Below, piece by piece: positions 1 to 11,586 of a stretch of DNA of 64,000 bases (position 1 is its first letter; the number at the start of each line of letters is the position of its first letter). The stretch spans positions 62,001-126,000 of the forward strand of contig NIVC01002470.1 in NCBI GenBank assembly GCA_002269645.1, read 5' to 3'. Position numbers and translations under genes: made by a program. This DNA is from Macrostomum lignano (taxonomy: Eukaryota). The notes under the pieces are model-generated. The model searched no databases. It was not told the DNA's origin and was given only the letters and a program-made list of their open reading frames with translations.

Positions 1-3000
1 CTGCACACCCACTCACCTGTCTATCCATCTACCTGCACACCCACTCACCTGTCTATCCATCTACCTGCACACCCACTCACCTGTCTATCCATCTACCTGC
101 ACACCCACTCACCTGTCTATCCATCTACCTGCACACCCACTCACCTGTCTATCCATCTACCTGCACACCCACTCACCTGTCTATCCATCTACCTGCACAC
201 CCACTCACCTGTCTATCCATCTACCTGCACACCCACTCACCTGTCCATCCATCTACCTGCACACCCACTCACCTGTCTATCCATCTACCTGCACACCCAC
301 TCACCTGTCTATCCATCTACCTGCACACCCACTCACCTGTCTATCCATCTACCTGCACACCCACTCACCTGTCTATCCATCTACCTGCACACCCACTCAC
401 CTGTCCATCCATCTACCTGCACACCCACTCACCTGTCTATCCATCTACCTGCACACCCACTCACCTGTCCATCCATCTACCTGCACACCCACTCACCTGT
501 CTATCCATCTACCTGCACACCCACTCACCTGTCTATCCATCTACCTGCACACCCACTCACCTGTCTATCCATCTACCTGCACACCCACTCACCTGTCTAT
601 CCATCTACCTGCACACCCACTCACCTGTCTATCCATCTACCTGCACACCCACTCACCTGTCTATCCATCTACCTGCACACCCACTCACCTGTCTATCCAT
701 CTACCTGCACACCCACTCACCTGTCTATCCATCTACCTGCACACCCACTCACCTGTCCATCCATCTACCTGCACACCCACTCACCTGTCTATCCATCTAC
801 CTGCACACCCACTCACCTGTCTATCCATCTACCTGCACACCCACTCACCTGTCTATCCATCTACCTGCACACCCACTCACCTGTCCATCCATCTACCTGC
901 ACACCCACTCACCTGTCTATCCATCTACCTGCACACCCACTCACCTGTCCATCCATCTACCTGCACACCCACTCACCTGTCCATCCATCTACCTGCACAC
1001 CCACTCACCTGTCTATCCATCTACCTGCACACCCACTCACCTGTCCATCCATCTACCTGCACACCCACTCACCTGTCTATCCATCTACCTGCACACCCAC
1101 TCACCTGTCTATCCATCTACCTGCACACCCACTCACCTGTCTATCCATCTACCTGCACACCCACTCACCTGTCTATCCATCTACCTGCACACCCACTCAC
1201 CTGTCTATCCATCTACCTGCACACCCACTCACCTGTCTATCCATCTACCTGCACACCCACTCACCTGTCTATCCATCTACCTGCACACCCACTCACCTGT
1301 CTATCCATCTACCTGCACACCCACTCACCTGTCTATCCATCTACCTGCACACCCACTCACCTGTCTATCCATCTACCTGCACACCCACTCACCTGTCTAT
1401 CCATCTACCTGCACACCCACTCACCTGTCTATCCATCTACCTGCACACCCACTCACCTGTCCATCCATCTACCTGCACACCCACTCACCTGTCTATCCAT
1501 CTACCTGCACACCCACTCACCTGTCTATCCATCTACCTGCACACCCACTCACCTGTCTATCCATCTACCTGCACACCCACTCACCTGTCCATCCATCTAC
1601 CTGCACACCCACTCACCTGTCTATCCATCTACCTGCACACCCACTCACCTGTCCATCCATCTACCTGCACACCCACTCACCTGTCTATCCATCTACCTGC
1701 ACACCCACTCACCTGTCTATCCATCTACCTGCACACCCACTCACCTGTCCATCCATCTACCTGCACACCCACTCACCTGTCTATCCATCTACCTGCACAC
1801 CCACTCACCTGTCTATCCATCTACCTGCACACCCACTCACCTGTCTATCCATCTACCTGCACACCCACTCACCTGTCTATCCATCTACCTGCACACCCAC
1901 TCACCTGTCTATCCATCTACCTGCACACCCACTCACCTGTCTATCCATCTACCTGCACACCCACTCACCTGTCTATCCATCTACCTGCACACCCACTCAC
2001 CTGTCTATCCATCTACCTGCACACCCACTCACCTGTCTATCCATCTACCTGCACACCCACTCACCTGTCTATCCATCTACCTGCACACCCACTCACCTGT
2101 CCATCCATCTACCTGCACACCCACTCACCTGTCTATCCATCTACCTGCACACCCACTCACCTGTCCATCCATCTACCTGCACACCCACTCACCTGTCTAT
2201 CCATCTACCTGCACACCCACTCACCTGTCCATCCATCTACCTGCACACCCACTCACCTGTCTATCCATCTACCTGCACACCCACTCACCTGTCTATCCAT
2301 CTACCTGCACACCCACTCACCTGTCTATCCATCTACCTGCACACCCACTCACCTGTCTATCCATCTACCTGCACACCCACTCACCTGTCTATCCATCTAC
2401 CTGCACACCCACTCACCTGTCTATCCATCTACCTGCACACCCACTCACCTGTCTATCCATCTACCTGCACACCCACTCACCTGTCTATCCATCTACCTGC
2501 ACACCCACTCACCTGTCTATCCATCTACCTGCACACCCACTCACCTGTCTATCCATCTACCTGCACACCCACTCACCTGTCCATCCATCTACCTGCACAC
2601 CCACTCACCTGTCCATCCATCTACCTGCACACCCACTCACCTGTCTATCCATCTACCTGCACACCCACTCACCTGTCTATCCATCTACCTGCACACCCAC
2701 TCACCTGTCTATCCATCTACCTGCACACCCACTCACCTGTCTATCCATCTACCTGCACACCCACTCACCTGTCTATCCATCTACCTGCACACCCACTCAC
2801 CTGTCTATCCATCTACCTGCACACCCACTCACCTGTCTATCCATCTACCTGCACACCCACTCACCTGTCCATCCATCTACCTGCACACCCACTCACCTGT
2901 CCATCCATCTACCTGCACACCCACTCACCTGTCTATCCATCTACCTGCACACCCACTCACCTGTCTATCCATCTACCTGCACACCCACTCACCTGTCTAT

Positions 3001-3910
3001 CCATCTACCTGCACACCCACTCACCTGTCTATCCATCTACCTGCACACCCACTCACCTGTCTATCCATCTACCTGCACACCCACTCACCTGTCTATCCAT
3101 CTACCTGCACACCCACTCACCTGTCTATCCACCCGCCTGCACACCCAGCCACCTGTCCATCCACCCACCTGAACACTCAGCCACCTGTCTATCCACCCAC
3201 CTGAACACTCAGCCACCTTTTTATCCACCCGCCTGCACACCCAGCCACCTGTCTATCCACCCACCTACACACCCAGCCACCTGTCTATCCACCCACCTGC
3301 ACACCCAGCCACCTGTCCATCCACCCACCTGAACGCTCAGCCACCTGTCTATCCACCCACCTGCACACCCAGCCACCTGTCTATACACCCACCTACACGC
3401 CCAGCCACCTGTCTATACACCCCCACCTGCACACTCAGCCACCTGTCTATACACCCACCTGCACACTCAGCCACCTGTCTATCCACCCACCTGAACACCC
3501 AGCCACCTGTCCATCCACCCACCTGAACACTCAGCCACCTGTCCATCCACCCACCTGCACGCCCAGCCACCTGTCCGTCCACCCACCTGCACACTCAGCC
3601 ACCTGTCCATCCACCCACCTGAACGCTCAGCCACCTGTCTATCCACCCACCTGCACACCCAGCCACCTGTCTATCCACCCACCTGCACACCCAGCCACCT
3701 GTCCATCCACCCACCTGCACACCCAGCCACCTGTCCATCCACCCACCTGCACACCCAGCCACCTGTCCATCCACCCACCTGAACACTCAGCTACCTGTCC
3801 ATCCACCCACCTGAACGCTCAGCCACCTGTCTATCCACCCACCTGCACACCCAGCCACCTGTCTATCCACTCACCTGTCTATCCACCCACCTGCACACCC
3901 AGCCACCTGC
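1..3910. repeat. 32-bp tandem satellite (CTGCACACCCACTCACCTGTCTATCCATCTAC), nearly invariant over 1-~3125, degenerate over ~3126-3910
   Basis: Direct periodicity of 32 nt. The only recurrent variant in the first ~3.1 kb is CTAT/CCAT. Confidence 0.97.
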
Positions 3911-4942
3911 TCAGCCCATCAATGTACAAGCGCTGGTGCACTTTCAAACCAGTGGTGGCCTCGCACGCTAGCCTTGGAGCTGACGGCATCGCTGAAATTC
4001 CAACTGAATTTATTTTGCATTTTTGGCCGGCAGCGGCGCTGCCATAAATTTGGAGCTAAAATTAGAAAATTATGCGAAGCCGCATTTTATTTGACCAAAA
4101 AAGTCGGCAATTCTGGGAAACTTTCGAGAAAAAAGATAAAATTTGCGGACAATTTTTTGAATTGAAGCAGTTTTTACTGAGCAGCCAACTCAACTGTGCC
4201 CGGCACGGACTCGGAGCTTCCCCGGGCCCGAAATTCAAAAGGCCTGCCCTGCGCCTTTGTAAAATCAATAAGGCGCTCAAAGAGTTTGAACCCCGAGTCC
4301 AAGGGTTGAATTTGATGAAGCAAAAGATAATGGGTGGAATTGCTGGTTTTGTTCCTAATTCTGCGGGATGAGGCAAATATTTGCTGAGCTCTCGGCGCAT
4401 TGTTCTCCTCAGCTTCTTTTTCTGTCCGAGTTGCTTGGGGGGGTGGGTGTTGCTTCAAGCGGGCTCTTCATCATCCAGCAAATGTTGGCAACTGAAAGAG
4501 CGAGTGGCTTTCCAGCCTGAATCGCTCTCTCAATTGCGCTTGGCTCCGCGCCGTTACTTTTTTTGAGCAATGGGTAGCGATGACGCTGGGAGGCTGGGCT
4601 GCCAAAGTCATTGTCTGTGTTGTCAAGCCCCAAAGCGCGAACGCAGACCTGCAGCAGCGCGCCCGTGTTTTCGCACAGTTGTGTCTGTCTGCTTTTTTGA
4701 GAACCGCCATCTGCATCTCAATGAGGGCGAGCGTTCGCAGTGGAATTCGGGGCGCGAGTTTCCTGCTCTGCGCATGCGGGATCACGAATTCTCGGTCACT
4801 TTCGATCGATCGGCAGCTCTGGCCCGGTGCGACTCTGCATTGTGCCGAGGGCCTCATCTCTTCAGATCATTGGGAGACCGACTTTTCCCCGGTTCTTGCA
4901 TTGCACTTTTCGGGCATTTTAATCCCTGACCAGGTGTTTTAA

Positions 4943-5575
4943 TTGTCTATCCACCCACCTGCACACTCAGCCACCTGTCTATCCATCCACCTGCACACCC
5001 ACTCACCTGTCTATCCACCCACCTGGACCCCCACTCACCTGTCTATCCACCCACCTGGACCCCCACTCACCTGTCTATCCACCCACCTGGACCCCCACTC
5101 ACCTGTCTATCAACCCACCTGCACACCCACTCACCTGTCTATCCAGCCACCTGCACCCCACTTACCTGTCTATCCACCCACCTGCACCCCCACTTACCTG
5201 TCTATCCATCCACCTGCACCCCCACTCACCTGTCTATCCACCCACCTGCACCCCCACTCACCTGTCTATCCAGCCACCTGCACACTCAGCCACCTGTCTA
5301 TCCACCCACCTGCACACTCAGGTGAGTGGGTGTGCAGGTGGGTGGATAGACAGGTGGCTGAGTGTGCAGGTGGCTGGATAGACAGGTGAGTGGGGGTGCA
5401 GGTGGGTGGATAGACAGGTGAGTGGGGGTGCAGGTGGATGGATAGACAGGTAAGTGGGGGTGCAGGTGGGTGGATAGACAGGTAAGTGGGGTGCAGGTGG
5501 CTGGATAGACAGGTGAGTGGGTGTGCAGGTGGGTGGATAGACAGGTGGCTGTCTATCCACCCACCTGCTCACCGA
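4943..5575. repeat. Second block of the 32-bp satellite family, with an internal inversion at ~5321-5547
   Basis: C-rich units to 5320, then G-rich reverse-complement units, then C-rich again from ~5548. Confidence 0.93.
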
Positions 5576-5840
5576 CTAACCTATTACTAATTAGGAGGAT
5601 CAATTCAATACTCGAGTTGTTTCAGTGCCAAGTTTAGCATATAAAAAAGCAAAAACTGCAAGAGTCTGAAGCAGAAATTTATCTGTGTGCAAATTCGACT
5701 AATGCGAAACCCGCCGAGACGGCAATGCGTGGCCGGGAGCAATCTTTGATTTTAATTAGTACATAATTATTTGCACAAATATTTTGAGTCTGCCAATGAT
5801 CTCAGCCAGGACTGACATGGCCGGTTCGTCCCGAGGAAAT

Positions 5841-6908
5841 TCACTGCCGGGGCACCGGCACGCAGGTGGACTTGCACTCCCCTACCGCGCACATGTAGCT
5901 GGGGCTGCGGTACTGCGCCATGCAGTCCACGTGGTTGAAGCACTGCACCTCGAAGGCCTCGCAGCCGCCGCCTGAGTTGTAGAGAAACCGCTTGGCCCGC
6001 GGGCCCGCCAGCTCGCCGAGGCCTGTGGGAGGGAGTTGCTTTGGCTTGGATTAATCTGTTTTAAAGTGGGTTGCTAGTCTAGCCTGTGGATTAGGGGGAT
6101 TTGTAGAATTGGATTGCTAGTCTAGCAAATATGTGAATTGATAATGTGGATTCTATTTAATTCCATCCGAGTTCAGCTCAAAGCTTCAGTCCGTACGACT
6201 TGGATCTGTCTATCTGGTTCGAACCCCGTCCCAGCCCGAGTTCGAACCCCCAGCCGTTCCAACCCCCCCCCCAGCCCGAGTTCCAACCCCCTCAGCCCGA
6301 GTTCCAACCCCCCAGCCCGAGTTCCAACCCCCCAGCCCGAGTTCCAACCCCCCCAGCCCGAGTTCCAACCCCCCCCAGCCCGAGTTCCAACCCCCAGCCC
6401 GAGTTCCAACCCCCCCCAGCCCGAGTTCCAACCCCCCCCAGCCCGAGTTCCAACCCCCCCCCCAGCCCGAGTTCCAACCCCCCCCCCAGCCCGAGTTCCA
6501 ACCACCCCCCAGCCCGAGTTCCAACCCCCCAGCCCGAGTTCCAACCCCCCCCAGCCCGAGTTCCAACCCCCCCCAGCCCGAGTTCCAACCCCCCAGCCCG
6601 AGTTCCAACCCCCCCAGCCCGAGTTCCAACCCCCCCCAGCCCGAGTTCCAACCCCCCCCAGCCCGAGTTCCAACCCCCCCCAGCCCGAGTTCCAACCACC
6701 CCCCAGCCCGAGTTCCAACCCCCCCCCAGCCCGAGTTCCAACCCCCCCCCCCAGCCCGAGTTCCAACCACCCCCCAGCCCGAGTTCGAACCCCCCCAGCC
6801 CGAGTTCAAACCCGCGGATCTCGCGACGCGAACGGCGCTGGCCGCGCCTTCCTGCTGAGCTGCCAGCAGCAGGATCAGTAGGGCGATGATGGCGTGGAGA
6901 GGCTGCAT
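5841..6908 (-). CDS. Secreted Cys-rich peptide precursor, 92 aa, left copy (exons 6812..6908, 5841..6022)
   Basis: Phase-1 splice (G|GTTTGA...CACAG|GC) gives MQPLHAIIALLILLLAAQQEGAASAVRVARSAGLGELAGPRAKRFLYNSGGGCEAFEVQCFNHVDCMAQYRSPSYMCAVGECKSTCVPVPRQ*. Hydrophobic signal peptide, RAKR site, 6 Cys, GC3-rich codons. Confidence 0.8.
6225..6810. repeat. Intronic ~21-24 bp minisatellite (CCCAGCCCGAGTTCCAACCCC with variable C-run)
   Basis: Direct tandem periodicity. Fills the intron of the peptide gene. Confidence 0.95.
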
Positions 6909-7688
6909 TGCGCTCGTTTGCTTCTTCTGTTGTTGGCTTTAGTGATGTTGCAGATTCTGCGGAGGTCAGAGGTCAGAATGTAGGGTTGGCGGCAACTCGT
7001 GGGATCGAGGCGGAGTCTTCCCAGCAACCGCCAAAAGGCCACAGAGAGTGCTCGTAGAGTTTCCCCAATATTTCCCCAAACCAAGGCCAGCTTTAAAGAC
7101 TTTGGCTCCCAATTGGCCCCAATTTGAATATTTCAGGAGCCGCGCCGCTGGCCCACAAAAATCCCAGTCTGAATTTTTCATGAACTCTGCGGAGCTGCAG
7201 ACCAACTAGTTGTCCCCAGTGGGAATTCAGGGGATAAATAAGTAACGCTGTCCATTTCAAACGCAAACTCTGCAAAGTGCTCGCCCGGCCGGGCAATCAT
7301 CGTCTTACCGAAGTGTCGCCGTTGCCAGGTGGTGCCGAGGTATCCGAGAGAGACTTGCGGGAAGCGTATTCGAGCTGGGAATGGCCGCTGTCGCTTTTAA
7401 CTTGCTGTCAGGAGCCGGCGGGGTGGCTGACTGGGGGGGGGGGGGCAGCCCAGGCCAATGGTGGAGCGGGTACTGCCAACTTTTTCTATTGGATTTTTTG
7501 GTATTGATCAATATGCAAGTCAAGGTGTGAGATGCTAATTAATGCCATGCAGTCCGAGAGCGAGATTCGAACTCCCGATAGGTCCAGACAGGGTTCTGAG
7601 TGAGATCTCAGAGTCAGGCTGAGCAAGGGGCAAGGGCATCATCCAGTGCTCACACACTCTAGAAGTTCTGTTTAACTATAAAACCATT

Positions 7689-7965
7689 GCATAGCCTAGT
7701 GGTTAAGAGCGTCAGACTCACGACTTGAAGGTTCAGGGGTTCGATTCCCGATCCCCACTGGAACAATTTGTGTCCTTGAGCAAGACACTATACTTAACTC
7801 TGCATTGCTTCAGTTCACCCAGCTGTAAATTGGTTACCAGCATTAGCTAAGGTAGCTGAGGGTGTGACCCGCCAGTCCTTGGACTGAACAGCCGTACGCA
7901 GCCTTCAGATGCACCAATTGGGCCCAGTTGGGCAGGTGTAATCAATTATAATAATTATTATTTTT
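7689..7965 (+). mobile_element. tRNA-derived SINE with CORE-like central domain, left copy
   Basis: A box TAGCCTAGTGG and B box GGTTCGATTCC. Then GTCCTTGAGCAAGACACT..TTAACTC..CTTCAGTTCACCCAGCTGTAAATTGG, which resembles the MIR/CORE consensus as recalled. AT-rich tail. Confidence 0.8.
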
Positions 7966-8689
7966 ACACGAAGTATGAGATTCGCTTCACATTCCTTTCT
8001 TGCTACTCGTCAGTAGGCGATGGGAAGCATGTGAATAAGTACATGTAAGCATATCCCGTGTAAGCAAGTTAAATGTAACAAATGAGATCAGAAAATGCGT
8101 GTTATTTTCGGGGCACAACTGAAACTTCGGAGCACAGCACTGACATCTCCCAGCTTCAATTGGCGCCCCATCAAACAGACCCTGCTGGCTCGCCCCTGGT
8201 GCCACGGCAATTTTGCATGTTAATGCTTCTTTGAAGCGCACAGATCTGGATCACCAATGCAGATAACAACAGAAAACTGCGAACAGCACAAGCCAACCGC
8301 TTTTTTACCCAAGAGATGCCTGCCTGCAAGAAGGGAAAAAAACAGAGAACCCAGAATGTCATTATGCTAATCAATTGAAGCTCGCGAGCGGAACTTTTCC
8401 GACCCCAGTTTAGCGTCGGATTACAGAAAATGTAATTTAAATTTCGGATAGAAATTTGATCGATATCGAAATGGCTCGCTCCCAACTCCCCAACAACAGT
8501 GTGATGATTGTTCCAATATCAAATTGGTTTGCTTCATTGCAACTGAGAATTAGCTTTGGCATTCAGTCTAGACGCTTTGCTTTTGCACTGCTAATTTAAA
8601 AGTGCTTTACCTTCCGAGTTTTTGGTGCGACATCAAAGCGTTCTGAAACTTTTCTGATTCTATTCATTCCAGTGAGAGCTGTCAGGTAA

Positions 8690-9745
8690 ATGGGATCTGT
8701 CAGAGTCAGGTAATGGGGTCTGTCAGTATCAGGCAATGGGAACTGTTAGTGTCAGATAATGGGAACTCTCAGTGTCAGGTAATGGGATCTGCTACTGTCA
8801 GAAGGCGGGATCTGTCAGTGTCAGGTAATGGGATCTGTCAGTGTCAGGAGGCGGAATCTGTCAGTGTCAGGAGGCGGGATCTATCAGTGTCAGGAGGCGG
8901 GATATGTCAGTGTCAGAAGACGGGATCTGTCAGTGTCAGGAGGCGGGATCTGTCAGTGTCAGGTAATGGGATCTGCCAGTGTCAGGAGGCGGGATCTATC
9001 AGTGTCAGAAGGCGGGATCTGTCAGTGCCAGGAGGCAGGATCTATCAGTGTCAGGAGGCGGGATCTGTCAGTGTCAGGAGGCGGGAACTGTCAGTGTTAG
9101 GTAATGGGATCTGTAGGTGTCAGGAGGTGGGATCTTTCAGTGTCAGGTAATGGGATCTGTCAGTGTCAGGTAATGGGATCTGTAGGTGTCAGGAGGTGGG
9201 ATCAGTCAGTGTCAGGTGGGATCTGTCAGTGTCAGGAGGCGGGATCTGCCAGTGTCAGGAGGCGGGATCTGTCAGAGTCAAGTAATGGGATCTGTAGGTG
9301 TCAGGAGGTGGGATCAGTCAGTGTCAGGTGGGATCTGTCAGTGTCTGGAGGCGGGATCTATCAGTGTCAGGAGGCGGGATCTGTCAGTGTCAGGAGGCGG
9401 GATCTATCAGTGTCAGGAGGCGGGATCTATCAGTCAGGAGGCGGGATCTGTCAGTGTCAGGAGGCGGGATCTATCAGTGTCAGGAGGCGGGATCTATCAG
9501 TCAGGAGGCGGGATCTGTCAGTGTCAGGAGGCGGGAACTGTCAGTGTTAGGTAATGGGATCTGTCAGTGTCAGGTAATGGGATCTGTCAGTGTCAGGTAA
9601 TGGGATCTGTCAGAGTCAAGTAATGGTATCTGTCAATGTTAGGGAGCGGGATCAGGCAGTGTCAGGAGGTGGGATCAGGCAGTGTCAGGAGGTGGGATCA
9701 GTCAGTGTCAGGAGGCGGGACCTGCCAGTGTCAGGATGCGGGATT
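8690..9745. repeat. ~23-bp minisatellite (GTCAGGAGGCGGGATCTGTCAGT)
   Basis: Direct periodicity. Source of the repetitive SVSGGGICQCQ ORFs. Confidence 0.95.
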
Positions 9746-10664
9746 TATCAGAGTCAGCTCCTTAACAGTCAGTTCAACGGCAGTGAGAGAAGCCCAGATT
9801 CGAAAGCCAAATATTCAATTAGCGTGATAAGCAGATGGCTGGCACACAAAACCAGCAGCAGGCTGTATAATTATCAATGCTCATCCACAAAAGTTTAAGT
9901 TAGCAACAAGAATTCGTCAGAGAAAAAATGTATAATTACAGCACTTCGTATTTTCATAATTTTTTTTCTTTTGCTAAAAAACGGACTCAAGCGACAGGGG
10001 GGGGCGAGTTTAATTAACACAATGAGCAGCCCAGCGCGTGAAGATAAAAAAATCAAAATGATGAAGAACAGATTGCATGGGACTCACATGCAGCATAGCA
10101 ACTGAAAATCTGCAGTCGACGGCACCAAATGAAAATTCAATTGAAGTGGCGAGGCCCTCCCTGAACTGCTCAACTTTACAGAGTTGCACAAACAACTCGC
10201 AATTCATTAGTGTTATTGTTAAGGACTGCGGACTCGCTTATTTGGGATTTTTAAATCCCTTTTTTTCTTACGCAGAGATTGGACACTACTGCAAGTAGGG
10301 AGAGTTGACTAGTACTATATATAATCTATTTAATTAGTAATTTGCCTGCAGGTATAATAAATAAATAATGATGATAAAATAGAAGAAATAATGACATCAA
10401 CAGTTTGCTTTATACAGATTGGAACATTATAGAATTTTAGAACTGCTGTGCTCATGATTATCATTAAACAGGCGGGCAAGGCACTCGCGGGGATCTGTGC
10501 TAGGCTGGGGATTAGCTTTGGTTAGAAGATGCCCAGTGGGATTAAAGCTACGAGCTCGTAAATCAGCATTCTGTTATAATAGTCAGATTTGGCAGGAAAT
10601 ATTCGAATACACAAGCAGACAGCAAGCCTGTTAATTTCAAATAAGAATTAAATAAGTTTTCGTT

Positions 10665-11083
10665 GATGGGCCACTCAGGCATATTTACTTAGTAAAACAG
10701 CTTTCTACTTTCAGTTCAGTAGCAAGCAAGAATACATAAGCTTTTTTATAAAAATAAAGGCAGCTGAAATGACTTTGATAAGTTTAGAAGCCCAAGCTTG
10801 CAGGCGTAAACAGCTTCCTAATTGGTTCAGCGATAATGTACATTAGCCAGTCCACTGAAATGTACATGGCAGCTTTAGGCTGGAATTCCGAGAATGGCAA
10901 TAAAATTGGGGCGGGACGGGGGGCAGTGTGAAAAGGCGCGGTTGGAGTTTAAGCTGGGGATGGAGGGGGGGGGGGGTTAAGAGCCAATTAATGAGCTTTG
11001 GCTTTAAAAATGCTTCAGTTTAACATACTACTGAACTGAAAGTAGCTTACACGCAAATGTGCTGCGTGGCCCATCTAGTTATT
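10665..11083. mobile_element. MITE-like element A (perfect 18-bp inner TIR CTACTTTCAGTTCAGTAG at 10705..10722 / 11028..11045)
   Basis: Inverted termini extend imperfectly outward (GATGGGCCAC..). Interior is homologous to element B. Confidence 0.65.
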
Positions 11084-11290
11084 CTAGTATTTGTGGTGAT
11101 AACACGACTTTTGGATGACTTTTTTGAGGCTCTTACGATTCTGCAATTCACGTGATGCGCTTGTGTCTCAACAGTCGCCTCACCGTCGTATTGCAGTCGT
11201 TTGAGTCACAAGTCACAAGAGTCGCCCCAGAGCCAGTTCTTGTCACGATAAAGTTATCAACGGGCAAAGGCGACCACAGATGCTATTTTT

Positions 11291-11550
11291 AATAACTAGA
11301 CGCGTCACTTAGGCAAATATATGGGCTTTTACTACTTTCAGTTCAGTAGTAAGGAAGAAGGCAGTTGCAGATGGAAATGACATGTTATTAGTGCATCTGT
11401 CATGTACATCCACTTGGCAGCTTGGGGGAGGGGGTAAGATGACGAAAAAACCTGTGCCGCCCTAAAATACATTAAAATGCTTCTATTTAACTTACTACTG
11501 AACTGAAAGTAGTTTAAACGCAAATGTGCTGAGTGGCCCATCTAGTTATT
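11291..11550. mobile_element. MITE-like element B, same family (TIR core 11332..11349 / 11495..11512)
   Basis: Same 18-bp TIR; outer termini AATAACTAGA...TCTAGTTATT. Shared internal motifs (ATGTACAT, GGCAGCTT, AAAATGCTTC). Confidence 0.65.
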
Positions 11551-11586
11551 TTAGTCACTGTACTCTAATGTAGTGTTAATGAGAGC

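Noticed and set aside
4062-4942. Short ORFs in the 1-kb island as genes
   Set aside because: Frame-disrupting indels between the two arm copies, and no recognisable domains or splice logic.
5841-6022. Kunitz domain call for the peptide exon (RFLYN..CEAF..ECKSTC)
   Set aside because: Lacks Kunitz C1/C2 and the GGC-GN-N motif; Cys spacing does not fit; the FLYN stretch follows a furin site.
7689-7760. Functional tRNA gene
   Set aside because: No clean acceptor stem; runs directly into a CORE-like SINE body.
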